A stretch of 64,000 nucleotides of DNA from SAR202 cluster bacterium AG-426-M11 (GCA_003213095.1 QCNV01000003.1:3470-67469); one strand, 5' to 3'. Counted from the first letter of the stretch, positions 37,629 to 47,390 are shown. Numbers and translations are program-made. Notes: a model not told the origin generated them from the letters alone.

Positions 37629-38951
37629 ATGGCTACTCAAAATGCACCACAATCAATGTATCGATCTGAAGAAGGTTTGGGAATTTGGGAACATAGAGGC
37701 AAAGTCGCGGCTGTGGGAATTGGCCACTCACCTACTGAACGAAGGTGGGATGGACATAGAGATACCTCAGTTGGAGCCTTAAGTATTCTTGCCTTAAGAA
37801 AAGCAATGGAAGACGCTGGAGTAACACCTGATCAAGTAGACGGATTAGTTATCACACCAGTTACAACAACTGGTGCATTCTGGCCCGAGGAAGATCCTTT
37901 ACCTTGGGATGTAATCAAATCATACAACCAAACTGATGACCCTTTAGACGGGATTGCCAAATTAAGTGCAGAATGGTTATTAAAAAACATGCCAGAACTC
38001 ACAAATGTTAAATACACTCAGTATGGTCCTACATGTATGTCTAACGCATTAAATGTAGCCTCTCAAGCAGTAGGTGATGGCCTTACCAACGTTTGTCTAG
38101 TTTTGAAAGCTTGGCACAACCTCCCCGGTAGATATTACCAAAGTGGACCTAATGCTCACGACACAATACAAGGTACACCTGCTATAAGAACATTATGGGG
38201 TGCCCCTGCATGCTCAGGCACTGCACTACAATTTGCTGAATATTGCAGAAAATATGGCAAAACTCACGATATGATGGCCCCATTTATGATCAATTCAAGA
38301 AGAAATGGACTTATGATGCCTGAAGGATATTGGTATCAACATAGACCTGAAGAATTGACTGCAGAAGATTATGAATATGCTAGATGGATTGCTAAACCAG
38401 CTAACCTTTTTGATAATGATATTCCTATTATGATGGCAGGAGCATACCTGTTTACTACAGCAGAAAGAGCCAAAGATATGAAACAAAAACCTGTATATAT
38501 CTTGAATCATGCATCTAGTGAAGCTATCCCAAGAAGCCTCACTCCCACACTAGACGAAGTCGAAGCTGAAACAGCTAGTACAGCAAGAAAAATTTATGAG
38601 GGTGCGGGAATTACAGCAGCAGATTTATCTTTCGAAAACATGTACGACGGATTTCCACAATTTCATCAATTCCATATTGAAGGTCTTGGATACAGAGGTA
38701 TCAAATTTGGTGAAGCTTTGGATTTTTACCAAACAGACATTAGCATAGAAGGACCCAACCCGGTATCTCCCAGTGGAGGAAACATTGGTGCAGGCAGAAG
38801 CAGAGTTTGGCTACACACTGATAGTATCCAACAAATCCAAGGAAGAGCCGGAGCAAGAGCTGTCACTGGAGTAAAACCTGAAATCGCAGTATCTGGAGGC
38901 CCCATGCCTCTTGGTGGCAACTATACTGTTTGGAGTGCGACACCAGACTAA
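37629..38951 (+). CDS. thiolase-like protein (SCP-x/nonspecific lipid-transfer-type)
   Basis: 440 aa thiolase-fold layout (GIGHSP..., YGPTCMS region, C-terminal SGGNIGAGRS...). Adjacent and co-oriented with DUF35. Confidence 0.7.
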   Translation: MATQNAPQSMYRSEEGLGIWEHRGKVAAVGIGHSPTERRWDGHRDTSVGALSILALRKAMEDAGVTPDQVDGLVITPVTTTGAFWPEEDPLPWDVIKSYNQTDDPLDGIAKLSAEWLLKNMPELTNVKYTQYGPTCMSNALNVASQAVGDGLTNVCLVLKAWHNLPGRYYQSGPNAHDTIQGTPAIRTLWGAPACSGTALQFAEYCRKYGKTHDMMAPFMINSRRNGLMMPEGYWYQHRPEELTAEDYEYARWIAKPANLFDNDIPIMMAGAYLFTTAERAKDMKQKPVYILNHASSEAIPRSLTPTLDEVEAETASTARKIYEGAGITAADLSFENMYDGFPQFHQFHIEGLGYRGIKFGEALDFYQTDISIEGPNPVSPSGGNIGAGRSRVWLHTDSIQQIQGRAGARAVTGVKPEIAVSGGPMPLGGNYTVWSATPD

Positions 38952-38954
38952 ATA

Positions 38955-39308
38955 ATGACAAAAAGAATTCTAATCAGCTTAGATATAGACGGTACTTTAG
39001 AGGTCGGAGATCCTCCTGGTGATTTGACAATGGAAATGGTAAGGATCGCAAAAAGTAAAGGTTTCATAATTGGAACTTGCTCAGACCGACCTTTAAGTAC
39101 TCAGAGAAAAATACTTACTCAACATGATATTGAAATTGAGTTCGCTGTATCAAAACATATGTTGCCAGACGTCAAAGAACAATTTGAAGCTGATGTATAT
39201 TGCCATATAGGAGATAGAGATGATCTAGATAGGCAATACGCTATTAAAGCCGATTTCGATTTCATGTGGCCTGATGAAGCAGCTGCCCATCATTGGTTTC
39301 ATAAATAA
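38955..39308 (+). CDS. small HAD-like hydrolase
   Basis: Motif I SLDIDGTL, motif II-like GTCSDR, motif IV-like GDRDDLD. Confidence 0.5.
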   Translation: MTKRILISLDIDGTLEVGDPPGDLTMEMVRIAKSKGFIIGTCSDRPLSTQRKILTQHDIEIEFAVSKHMLPDVKEQFEADVYCHIGDRDDLDRQYAIKADFDFMWPDEAAAHHWFHK

Positions 39309-39309
39309 A

Positions 39310-40104
39310 CTAATGCTTTGCAAAAATTGAATATCTCTCAATAATTTGGGAAGGCAATATAAAAGGTTCAGGTGAAGTTGATAAAAGCCAATTGAGAACT
39401 GACAAACCATAACCTTTGGGATAAGTTCTTACTCCATCAGAATTATCAACTACTTCTATTCCCCATCCAGAATTCATAAAATCAACAGGAATAATTAAAC
39501 CTTCACTGATCTTAGAAATGTAAGAATTCATGTTAGCTTGTGAAATCCACGGCTTGTACATCAACCACATATCTAAATCAGTTCTGAAAATTTGAGTATT
39601 ATTGATGATTGAAAATAAGTCTCTCACAAAAAATTGATCGCCAATGATTTGCCTATCAGTTGGATTAACAATTGAATCAGAAAAATATTCATTAACATAT
39701 GCCCACCATTTTAAACTTCTGTAAGTAGGTGAAACAGGATCAACACCTACTTCCATACACATTTTTTGAATAAATTCATTCATTTGAAATAATTGTTTAA
39801 ATTGAGATTGAGGAATCCCAAATTTATTTAATATTTCAAAATCACCCCAATCAACAATCAAATGTTCAGGGCCAGAAATTTGATTTGAGTAATTTTTTAG
39901 TCGCCTTTTATATGCAGACAAAGTTCTAGGGGGTAATGATATTTTATACCTGGATTGGAGAAAATTATGTCCAAAAGAATTTTTCCAATTATTTTGTTCC
40001 CAAGCTAATAGTAATCCAATTTGTTGGCAATCATTTAGTGCAGATTGAAAACCTTTTTTCCCATCCTTCCAATTACTAACGCCTTTAGGATTTATTGTTG
40101 CCAT
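39310..40104 (-). CDS. hypothetical protein (264 aa), no recognisable family
   Basis: Uninterrupted ORF with codon usage like its neighbours. No SD upstream. Confidence 0.5.
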   Translation of the reverse strand: MATINPKGVSNWKDGKKGFQSALNDCQQIGLLLAWEQNNWKNSFGHNFLQSRYKISLPPRTLSAYKRRLKNYSNQISGPEHLIVDWGDFEILNKFGIPQSQFKQLFQMNEFIQKMCMEVGVDPVSPTYRSLKWWAYVNEYFSDSIVNPTDRQIIGDQFFVRDLFSIINNTQIFRTDLDMWLMYKPWISQANMNSYISKISEGLIIPVDFMNSGWGIEVVDNSDGVRTYPKGYGLSVLNWLLSTSPEPFILPSQIIERYSIFAKH

Positions 40105-40186
40105 AATAATTTAGAGTGTTGCTGATTTATTGTATTTTTTTATATATTATAACTTTAATGTTGCATAAACCCAATAATAAGATGTA

Positions 40187-41854
40187 CTAATAATCTCTAA
40201 ATGCATCACCCGGCTTAGAAGGCATTGCATATCCTCCACTCAAACCAGATGGAGATCCATCAGCTCTATGACATGCAGCGCCAATCATTAATTCATTGTC
40301 AAACATGATCGCGTTTAATCCACCTGCAACTCTATTCACACTAGATACTTGATGTCCTAAAGAGGCTAATGAAGTTTTTACGTTTTCATCAAATTCATAT
40401 TCCAACTCCAACACCCCCCCGTCTGTCCAAATTCTTGGAGCTTCGGCAGAAGCTTGTAATGATAAACCGTTATTAGTAAGAGCTAATAATGCTTGAGCTA
40501 CTGCTCCAAATATTTTCCGTCCACCCGGAGTTCCTAAAACCAAATAGGGCTTAGTACCCTTTGTAATAATTGTAGGAGTCATAGAAGACAAACATCTCTT
40601 GTAGGGATGGATTGAATTTGCCATACCCGGATTAGGGTCAAATAATTCCATGCAATTATTTAACAACATTCCAGTACCTTTCAAAGCTACTTTACTTCCA
40701 AAAGCATTATTGATAGTTTGAGTCATAGAAACTATATTTCCTTCAGAATCAGCAACATTAAAATGAGTAGTATTTTCACTATCGTTCAATTTGAAGTTGT
40801 GAGTAAACTCATAAGATTGAGCTCTATGCAAATTAATTTCTTTTGAGCGCTCTAAAGCATATTTTTTAGAAATCAGCCCCTCTACTGGGATTTTGACATA
40901 TTCAGGGTCACCAATATATTCATACCTATCCGCAAACACAATCTTGAATACCTCGGAAAGAATATGAATCCTTTGGGGATCTGTAATTGAATATTTTTGA
41001 AGATCAAAATTTTCCAAAATATTCAACATTTGAATTAAACAAATACCTCCACTACTTACAGGACCTACTGAATGAATTTGAAAATCTTTATAAGTGCCTA
41101 TCACTGGATTTCTGTAAAAAAACTTTTGCCTTCTCAGGTCATCTAGTGAGAGTAATCCTCCATTATCAAGCATTTCGTCTTCCACATGCTGCCCGAGTTC
41201 ACCTTCATATAAATATGCAGAACCATTATTAGCAATACCTTCTAATACAAGAGCAAAATTAGGATTTTTAATTATGTCGCCTTTTTGTGGAATATCTCCA
41301 TTAGGTAAATAAATTGAAGAACTTTCTGAATGTTTTGAAAGCTCTGTAAAATTATCACGAATATTATTTGACAGATAATCAGAAACTTGAAATCCGTTTC
41401 TAGCAATTTGTATAGCCGGCGAAATCACATCCTTTAGAGAAAATTTGCCGAATTTTTCTACTAAATGAGACCACACCTGTAAATTTCCAGGTGTAGCAAC
41501 TGCAAGATACCCATTTTGATTAAGTTTATCTTCAACTTCAAAAAGTCCTGAAGGTCCATCCTCAAATTCAACAGGATTAAACATTGTTTCAGATGACTTA
41601 CCAGGAGCAGAAGCATATCCATCTATAGTAAAAAATCCTTGATTGGGTATATAAAAATTTGTAAACCCACCCCCAAAAGGGCCCACCATCATTGGCTCCA
41701 CTACTGATAAAGCAAAAGCTGTTCCCGATGCTGCGTCAAATGCATTTCCCCCTGCAGCTAATATAGACAAGCCTACAGAAGAAGCTAGAGGATGATTTGA
41801 AGTCACCATAGCCTGAGAAGATGTTAAGGATTGTTTTCTAGTTTCGTATTTCAT
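40187..41854 (-). CDS. ggt: gamma-glutamyltranspeptidase
   Basis: Autoprocessing/nucleophile site NTTHFNVAD, LNN.M..F and GTPGG motifs, 555 aa. Confidence 0.9.
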   Translation of the reverse strand: MKYETRKQSLTSSQAMVTSNHPLASSVGLSILAAGGNAFDAASGTAFALSVVEPMMVGPFGGGFTNFYIPNQGFFTIDGYASAPGKSSETMFNPVEFEDGPSGLFEVEDKLNQNGYLAVATPGNLQVWSHLVEKFGKFSLKDVISPAIQIARNGFQVSDYLSNNIRDNFTELSKHSESSSIYLPNGDIPQKGDIIKNPNFALVLEGIANNGSAYLYEGELGQHVEDEMLDNGGLLSLDDLRRQKFFYRNPVIGTYKDFQIHSVGPVSSGGICLIQMLNILENFDLQKYSITDPQRIHILSEVFKIVFADRYEYIGDPEYVKIPVEGLISKKYALERSKEINLHRAQSYEFTHNFKLNDSENTTHFNVADSEGNIVSMTQTINNAFGSKVALKGTGMLLNNCMELFDPNPGMANSIHPYKRCLSSMTPTIITKGTKPYLVLGTPGGRKIFGAVAQALLALTNNGLSLQASAEAPRIWTDGGVLELEYEFDENVKTSLASLGHQVSSVNRVAGGLNAIMFDNELMIGAACHRADGSPSGLSGGYAMPSKPGDAFRDY

Positions 41855-41906
41855 TAAATAACCTCATTTAAGGTCATTTAAGCAGATTAAAGATAAATAA
41901 TAAACA

Positions 41907-41938
41907 ATAAGGGCTACTTTGTGTTAAGTAGCCCTTAT
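41907..41938 (-). terminator. intrinsic terminator after the coiled-coil gene pair
   Basis: Perfect 13-bp stem ATAAGGGCTACTT/AAGTAGCCCTTAT with a 6-nt loop, 23 nt past the stop, followed on the minus strand by a U-rich tract (UGUUUAUUAUUUAU). Confidence 0.65.
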
Positions 41939-41960
41939 TTCAATACTTATAGCTTAAAAT

Positions 41961-44936
41961 TTAATTTCCAGAACCTGATAGTTGTGTAGCAATATCTAAT
42001 ACTGAAGACAAATCAGTTACCGCAACGGGTGCATTTTCAATTTGTTCAACATTCTGAATAGCACCATTAATGACACTCAATAATCCATATTCAGCTTGTC
42101 TATCCAAATCTTTGACTCTAGCTTGAATATCTGTCAATTGCTGTTTCAGTTCATCTTGTTCAGAGTATAAATTTTCCAACTCATCCCATTTAACAGAAAT
42201 CTGGCCCTGAATATCATCTGCTACAGATTGAAGAGGCATAATATGTTCAGCAATTCTAGCTTGTTTTTCTTCTTCTAATTTTTCTATTTGGGCATTAATT
42301 TCATCTTCAAAAGCTTTCTCAGCTTCTTGTTTTTTGGCTTCAAGATACTCATATTCATTTTGAATTTCCCTATCTAAGTTCCTGAACATCTCTTGTTCTT
42401 GATCAGCGTAATTATCCCAGGCGTCGTCCATAGCGTCATGAATGATTTTTTCTTGCTCATATCTCCAATCATCAAGTTCACTCCACAACCTATCATTGAA
42501 AACATGTCTTTCTTGGTCTCTTTGTTCTTTCATTTCATTCAAACCTATGCGCTGTTTATCTAGCATTTGGTATTCTCTTTCAAGAGCTTTAAACTGCTTG
42601 TGGATAGGTTTCATTAATTTTTCGACTTCTCTCCACTCATCATGAATACTATCTAATTCTTTATGAACTTCTCTCAATTCTTTTTCTATTATTTCTCTGC
42701 CTTTCTTATCATCTTTATGAGAATTTTCTCTTTCCTCGTTGAGCTGTCTAATTGATTCTTCAACTGCTGCAATCTGATTTTGTAATGTTTCCTCTATAGC
42801 ATTATTAGCATTACTAGCCCCGTAATACTTTTCATCAATTATAGCTATCTGACTTATGCGAGTATTCTCTGCTTCTATTTTTTGTTGCTGTAGTTGTTGT
42901 TCTAAAGCATTAACATCTACTGATGTTTGATTAGATCCCATTAGTTTTACTTCTAAAACATCACCTTCCCAGAAGTTTTCCCAAGGAGTTGTGCCTAAAG
43001 TGTAAGAATGCGCTAACCATTGTCCAGCTACAGGAGTAACAGGCTGTAATACCCAAAGTCCTTCTTTATGTGAATAAATGTAACAAAACTCATACTGTGA
43101 ACCTTGTGCTCCACAATCTTTTTTAACCCACATTGGGTGTCCATTAAATTCACCTTGTTCAACATAGTCCCCAGCATAATGAGTAGCACCACCTTCAAAA
43201 ATAGCTCTAATCCATTTTCCATTTGTAGATGAATTTTTCTGATGATTAATTAATTCAATTTTATTTTGAAGTTCTTCATTCAGCTGATTAATTATGTTTT
43301 GGTATTCTTCAAGTCTTGCATATGCCGCAGTAACTTCTGGACCAGACACATTAGCAGCACCACCAATATCAGCAGCAGACTGTTGTAATTCTTGCAATTT
43401 AGAATCTAATGGCTGAATTTCTTGAGTCAGCATATTGATTTGATTTAATAAGGCTAAATGCTGCGGGTTTTCAGTAGTAACTTCGGAACCAGCAACAAAT
43501 TGCGGTACCTGAGTCAATTGAGCTTCTAAATCAGATATACCAAGAGTAATCTCAGGAATATTTGGATTGTCTATCATATCATTTCTTCCATCACCGTCTG
43601 TATCAGTAGTACTTTCTATTTGTTGAGGTAGAAGAGACAAGATAGCTTTCTTATCTTCAATCTGTGTCATCAAATCAGTGTACGCTGGATTAGGTTGAGG
43701 GTCAGTAGTGTATGTAGCTGGAATTGTCTCTAAGTTTTGATTAAGCAAATTTATTTCAGCATATCGATTATCAATTTCAGCAATTAATTGGCTTATTTCC
43801 ACATTAATATTAGCGTTAGCTTGAGTTTGAGACTGTACATTCGTTTCTAATTGTTGAATGAAATTCATTTCATTCTCTTTCTTCATTTCTAAGTCTGCAA
43901 TTTGGTTTGCTGTTGAGACTTTAAGTGCCTCTATTTGCGCCAAATTTGATGAGGAATCAGCAGCAGCCGAATTAGTTTCATAAGCTGTATTTCTCTGTGA
44001 TTCTATTTGTTGAATCGTAGAGTGAAAATTATCCCAAACAGCCTCAACTTCTTGGTCATACATACTCCAATCCACTTGTGTTACATTAGTCGCAGCTGTA
44101 GTGGATGTGTCAGCAGATGACCAGACTACTTCTAATTGATGATACAAATCATCTAATTCTTTTTGTTTTTCTTCAAATAGATCATCATAGTAATCCATTG
44201 ATTTTGCATCAGAATTTTTTCGCCAATCTTGCTCGTCTAATTGGTCTCTTAATGCTCTTTCTTTGTCTTCCCAAATTTCGCGCCTATCGTCAAGTTCCAT
44301 CATTTGATCATCAAATGCCATATTTTGTTCATCCAATGAAATTCTAATTTGATCTAATTTAAAATAAGCTTCTTTAATAGCATTTTTCTGTAAACGATAT
44401 TCGTTATTATTTTCCCATTCTTCCATGGCAATATGATTTTGTTTCTCTCTTTGACGAAGCTCACCTTCAAATGCTTCCCACATTAGATGATTTTGCTCAT
44501 CTAATTGATCTCGTATTTGCTCCAATTCCTCATCTAGAGCGTCATAACGAGCTTCAATTGAATCCTCAAAAGCTTCAAATTCTTCATTTACCATCTCATC
44601 AAATCTTTCTCTAGCTTCATCTTCATTCAAGAATAGGGTTTGATGTTCAGTAGACATGTCATTTTCAAATTCTTGTCCAATTAATTCAGCTTGCTGATTA
44701 ATAATGTCAAGTTCCTCTTCTAAAGATTCTATTTCTTGTTCGATAGGTTGAATCCGTGAATCTAAATCAGAAATTTGCTGAACCAATGGATCTACTTCAT
44801 TTGTTTGTATTTCTAAAATTTGTGACCTCAAATCCAGAACAGATTGAGCAGCTTCCGCATCTACAACGCCACATGCAATCATAGAGAAACAAATAGATAA
44901 AATACCAATAATTCTCAAACCGATTTTGTTTAACAT
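41961..44936 (-). CDS. giant acidic coiled-coil lipoprotein, paralogue A (991 aa)
   Basis: Signal peptide ending in SMIAC-G, then a long D/E/Q-rich heptad-like sequence. The N-terminal ~300 aa and C-terminal ~250 aa are collinear with paralogue B. AGGAG SD. Confidence 0.7.
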   Translation of the reverse strand: MLNKIGLRIIGILSICFSMIACGVVDAEAAQSVLDLRSQILEIQTNEVDPLVQQISDLDSRIQPIEQEIESLEEELDIINQQAELIGQEFENDMSTEHQTLFLNEDEARERFDEMVNEEFEAFEDSIEARYDALDEELEQIRDQLDEQNHLMWEAFEGELRQREKQNHIAMEEWENNNEYRLQKNAIKEAYFKLDQIRISLDEQNMAFDDQMMELDDRREIWEDKERALRDQLDEQDWRKNSDAKSMDYYDDLFEEKQKELDDLYHQLEVVWSSADTSTTAATNVTQVDWSMYDQEVEAVWDNFHSTIQQIESQRNTAYETNSAAADSSSNLAQIEALKVSTANQIADLEMKKENEMNFIQQLETNVQSQTQANANINVEISQLIAEIDNRYAEINLLNQNLETIPATYTTDPQPNPAYTDLMTQIEDKKAILSLLPQQIESTTDTDGDGRNDMIDNPNIPEITLGISDLEAQLTQVPQFVAGSEVTTENPQHLALLNQINMLTQEIQPLDSKLQELQQSAADIGGAANVSGPEVTAAYARLEEYQNIINQLNEELQNKIELINHQKNSSTNGKWIRAIFEGGATHYAGDYVEQGEFNGHPMWVKKDCGAQGSQYEFCYIYSHKEGLWVLQPVTPVAGQWLAHSYTLGTTPWENFWEGDVLEVKLMGSNQTSVDVNALEQQLQQQKIEAENTRISQIAIIDEKYYGASNANNAIEETLQNQIAAVEESIRQLNEERENSHKDDKKGREIIEKELREVHKELDSIHDEWREVEKLMKPIHKQFKALEREYQMLDKQRIGLNEMKEQRDQERHVFNDRLWSELDDWRYEQEKIIHDAMDDAWDNYADQEQEMFRNLDREIQNEYEYLEAKKQEAEKAFEDEINAQIEKLEEEKQARIAEHIMPLQSVADDIQGQISVKWDELENLYSEQDELKQQLTDIQARVKDLDRQAEYGLLSVINGAIQNVEQIENAPVAVTDLSSVLDIATQLSGSGN

Positions 44937-44960
44937 AACCTGCTCCTATCCTATTTATTA

Positions 44961-47390
44961 CTAATCATTGTTAGTTGGTAAATCCAATATTGAATCAAAT
45001 CCTATAGCTCTTCCTGTTCCACCTGCTTCGATTTGATCCACATTCTGAATAGCATCATTTATGACACTAAGAAGTCCAAATTCTGCTTGTCTGTCCAATT
45101 CTTGGACTCTAGCCTGCAAAGATTCCAACTGTGATTTATATTGTTCTTGAGTTTGATACAAAGAATCCAATTGTGCGAATTTTGCATCAATCTGAGATTC
45201 TAGATCTCTTGCCTGTGCTTCCAAAGGCCCAATTGTATCTTCATAAATTCTTTCTTTTTCATTTTCTATCTCAAGCCTTGAAGTTCTTTCTTGATCCTTA
45301 AATGCTTTTTCACTATCTTTCCTCTTTTGATCTAAAGCATCTCGCTCGTCTTCCATATTTTGTTCTAATTCTTTTCTCATCACTTTCATTTCATCTTCTA
45401 GATCATCCCATCTCTGGTCAGTCAAATCTCGAATTTCTTTCTCGCGAACCTTCATCCATTTTTCAAATTCACCCCAAGTTTGTTCACGAATCCTTTGATC
45501 ATCTTCATCACCTGACTGTTGTTGCTGCATTTCTAACATCATGCTTTCTTTATCTAGAGCCATTTGTTGTTTTCTAATGGGGCGTTCTCGTCGCTCCAAT
45601 TCTTTCTGTTGATCCCTAAGAGGATCAATTTGAGATTCTAAATTTCGTATTCTAGTTTGCATTTCTTTAGCACGTTGTTCACGATTCTTATGGAATTTAT
45701 GCATTTTGTCTTCCATTAACTCAATTTCATCTTCCAATGCTTTAATTTGTGACTTCAAGCCAGCAGCAGCGGCGGGCTCATTCGCATTATTCGTTCCATA
45801 ATATGAATTATCTATAGCAGCAATAGCATTTTCTCTCTTTGATAGTGCATTAGATTCAAGTATAGCTAACTCATTTTCTAACGCTGTCAAATCAACAGTA
45901 CTTTGATTTGAAAAATCAGTAGGCTGTGTAGCAGCTTCATCTTTTTTACTTTGAAGTTCTGTGTTTAGCTCATTTATCACTGCATTCAATTCGTCTCGCT
46001 TAGAAACAAGAGCTGTCAATTCAGGGTTAGAATCTGAAGAATTAGTATTAAGTTGATCTAATTCAGCATTTTTGGCTTCAATTTGAGAGTCTTTAAAGTT
46101 GATATCTTGTTCTATACCTTCTATAGAAGATTCATTCTGTGCAATTTGTTGTATCAATGCAGCATAATCAGGATTATCTACACCATCAATCTGCTGAGGA
46201 GTATTAGATAAAGAATCTTGAGCAGCGGTTTTTGTATTTCTCAATTCATCTAAGTTAGTGCGTGCATTTTCTATCTCAAATTTCAAAGCCTCAATTTCAG
46301 AAATTAGTGCGCTTTTTGCGCTTGAAGTAGAATTGCCAGATGCTGACAAACTATCTATTTCATTTTGTATTTGATTCACTTGATCTTTATAGTCTGAAAT
46401 TTTGGAAACATACTCTTGTTCTATAACTGAAATATCCTTCACAGCAGCAGCAGCATCAGCTTGGTTCTGAGCAGCATAAGCTTGTGACCTACGATCTTGA
46501 ATATTCTGAATCTCATTATGATATTCATTCCAGGCATTATCTATTTCAGAATCATAATTACTCCAATCTTTAGCAGGAGCAAAACTTGTACTTGATTGAT
46601 TAAAAGAATCCCAAGCTAACTGTAATTGATCGTGCAAACTATCTAAAAGTTTCCTTCTGTTCCTAATGTCTTCATCCATACCCTCAAAACTACGATCATC
46701 CCAAATATCACTATTTTGCCTATGAAGATTCTCTATTTGATCATACAAAGGCTGTAGTTGCTCGTCGAGAATCATTCGCTGTTCTTGAATTTCCATGCTT
46801 TGAAAATTCAATTCCATCCTTACAGCATCAATCTTCTTTCTTGCCACATTAAAAGGACTATTATTTCTTAATTCATTTTCTAATTTTCTAGTCTCATCTT
46901 CCTTGTCTCTTCTTTCATCATCCCATGCATCCCAGATCTTTTTATTCTCATCATCAACTTCTTCTCTTCTTTCATCCATCTCATCGTCAAGATCATTCCA
47001 TTGAGACTTATGGTCATCGTCCATTTGTCGCCATTGTTCATCTAAATCTTCGTAGAATTTTTCTCTGGCTTCATCTTGACCCAAAAACATAAATTCAAAT
47101 TTTTCGCGCATTTCATCTTCAAAGGATCGACCAATTTCTTCGCCTTGTCGAAACAAATCTTCTCGTTGATTCTCTAATTCTTCAATTTCTGATTCAATTG
47201 GATCTATTTGAGTTTGAAGTTCTTCTAACTGAGCCATTAAAGGATCAACTTCGTTAGTTTGTATATCCAAAATTTGTGATCGAATATCAACAACATCTTG
47301 AGCAGCTTCGGAGTCAACAATTCCACATGCCATAAAAGCAGTAGCAATCATCAAGGAGCCAACTATTTTCAAAACTGTGTTTTTCAACAT
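44961..47390 (-). CDS. giant acidic coiled-coil lipoprotein, paralogue B (809 aa)
   Basis: Signal peptide ending in FMAC-G. Shared blocks with A include AAQ.V.D.RSQIL.IQTNEVDPL and RQAE.GLLSVIN.AIQNV.QIE. Confidence 0.7.
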   Translation of the reverse strand: MLKNTVLKIVGSLMIATAFMACGIVDSEAAQDVVDIRSQILDIQTNEVDPLMAQLEELQTQIDPIESEIEELENQREDLFRQGEEIGRSFEDEMREKFEFMFLGQDEAREKFYEDLDEQWRQMDDDHKSQWNDLDDEMDERREEVDDENKKIWDAWDDERRDKEDETRKLENELRNNSPFNVARKKIDAVRMELNFQSMEIQEQRMILDEQLQPLYDQIENLHRQNSDIWDDRSFEGMDEDIRNRRKLLDSLHDQLQLAWDSFNQSSTSFAPAKDWSNYDSEIDNAWNEYHNEIQNIQDRRSQAYAAQNQADAAAAVKDISVIEQEYVSKISDYKDQVNQIQNEIDSLSASGNSTSSAKSALISEIEALKFEIENARTNLDELRNTKTAAQDSLSNTPQQIDGVDNPDYAALIQQIAQNESSIEGIEQDINFKDSQIEAKNAELDQLNTNSSDSNPELTALVSKRDELNAVINELNTELQSKKDEAATQPTDFSNQSTVDLTALENELAILESNALSKRENAIAAIDNSYYGTNNANEPAAAAGLKSQIKALEDEIELMEDKMHKFHKNREQRAKEMQTRIRNLESQIDPLRDQQKELERRERPIRKQQMALDKESMMLEMQQQQSGDEDDQRIREQTWGEFEKWMKVREKEIRDLTDQRWDDLEDEMKVMRKELEQNMEDERDALDQKRKDSEKAFKDQERTSRLEIENEKERIYEDTIGPLEAQARDLESQIDAKFAQLDSLYQTQEQYKSQLESLQARVQELDRQAEFGLLSVINDAIQNVDQIEAGGTGRAIGFDSILDLPTNND

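Noticed and set aside
35476-41960. A genomic island integrated at tRNA-Leu.
   Set aside because: I saw no integrase, excisionase or transposase downstream and no direct repeat of the tRNA 3' end. The downstream genes resemble the rest of the window in composition and function.
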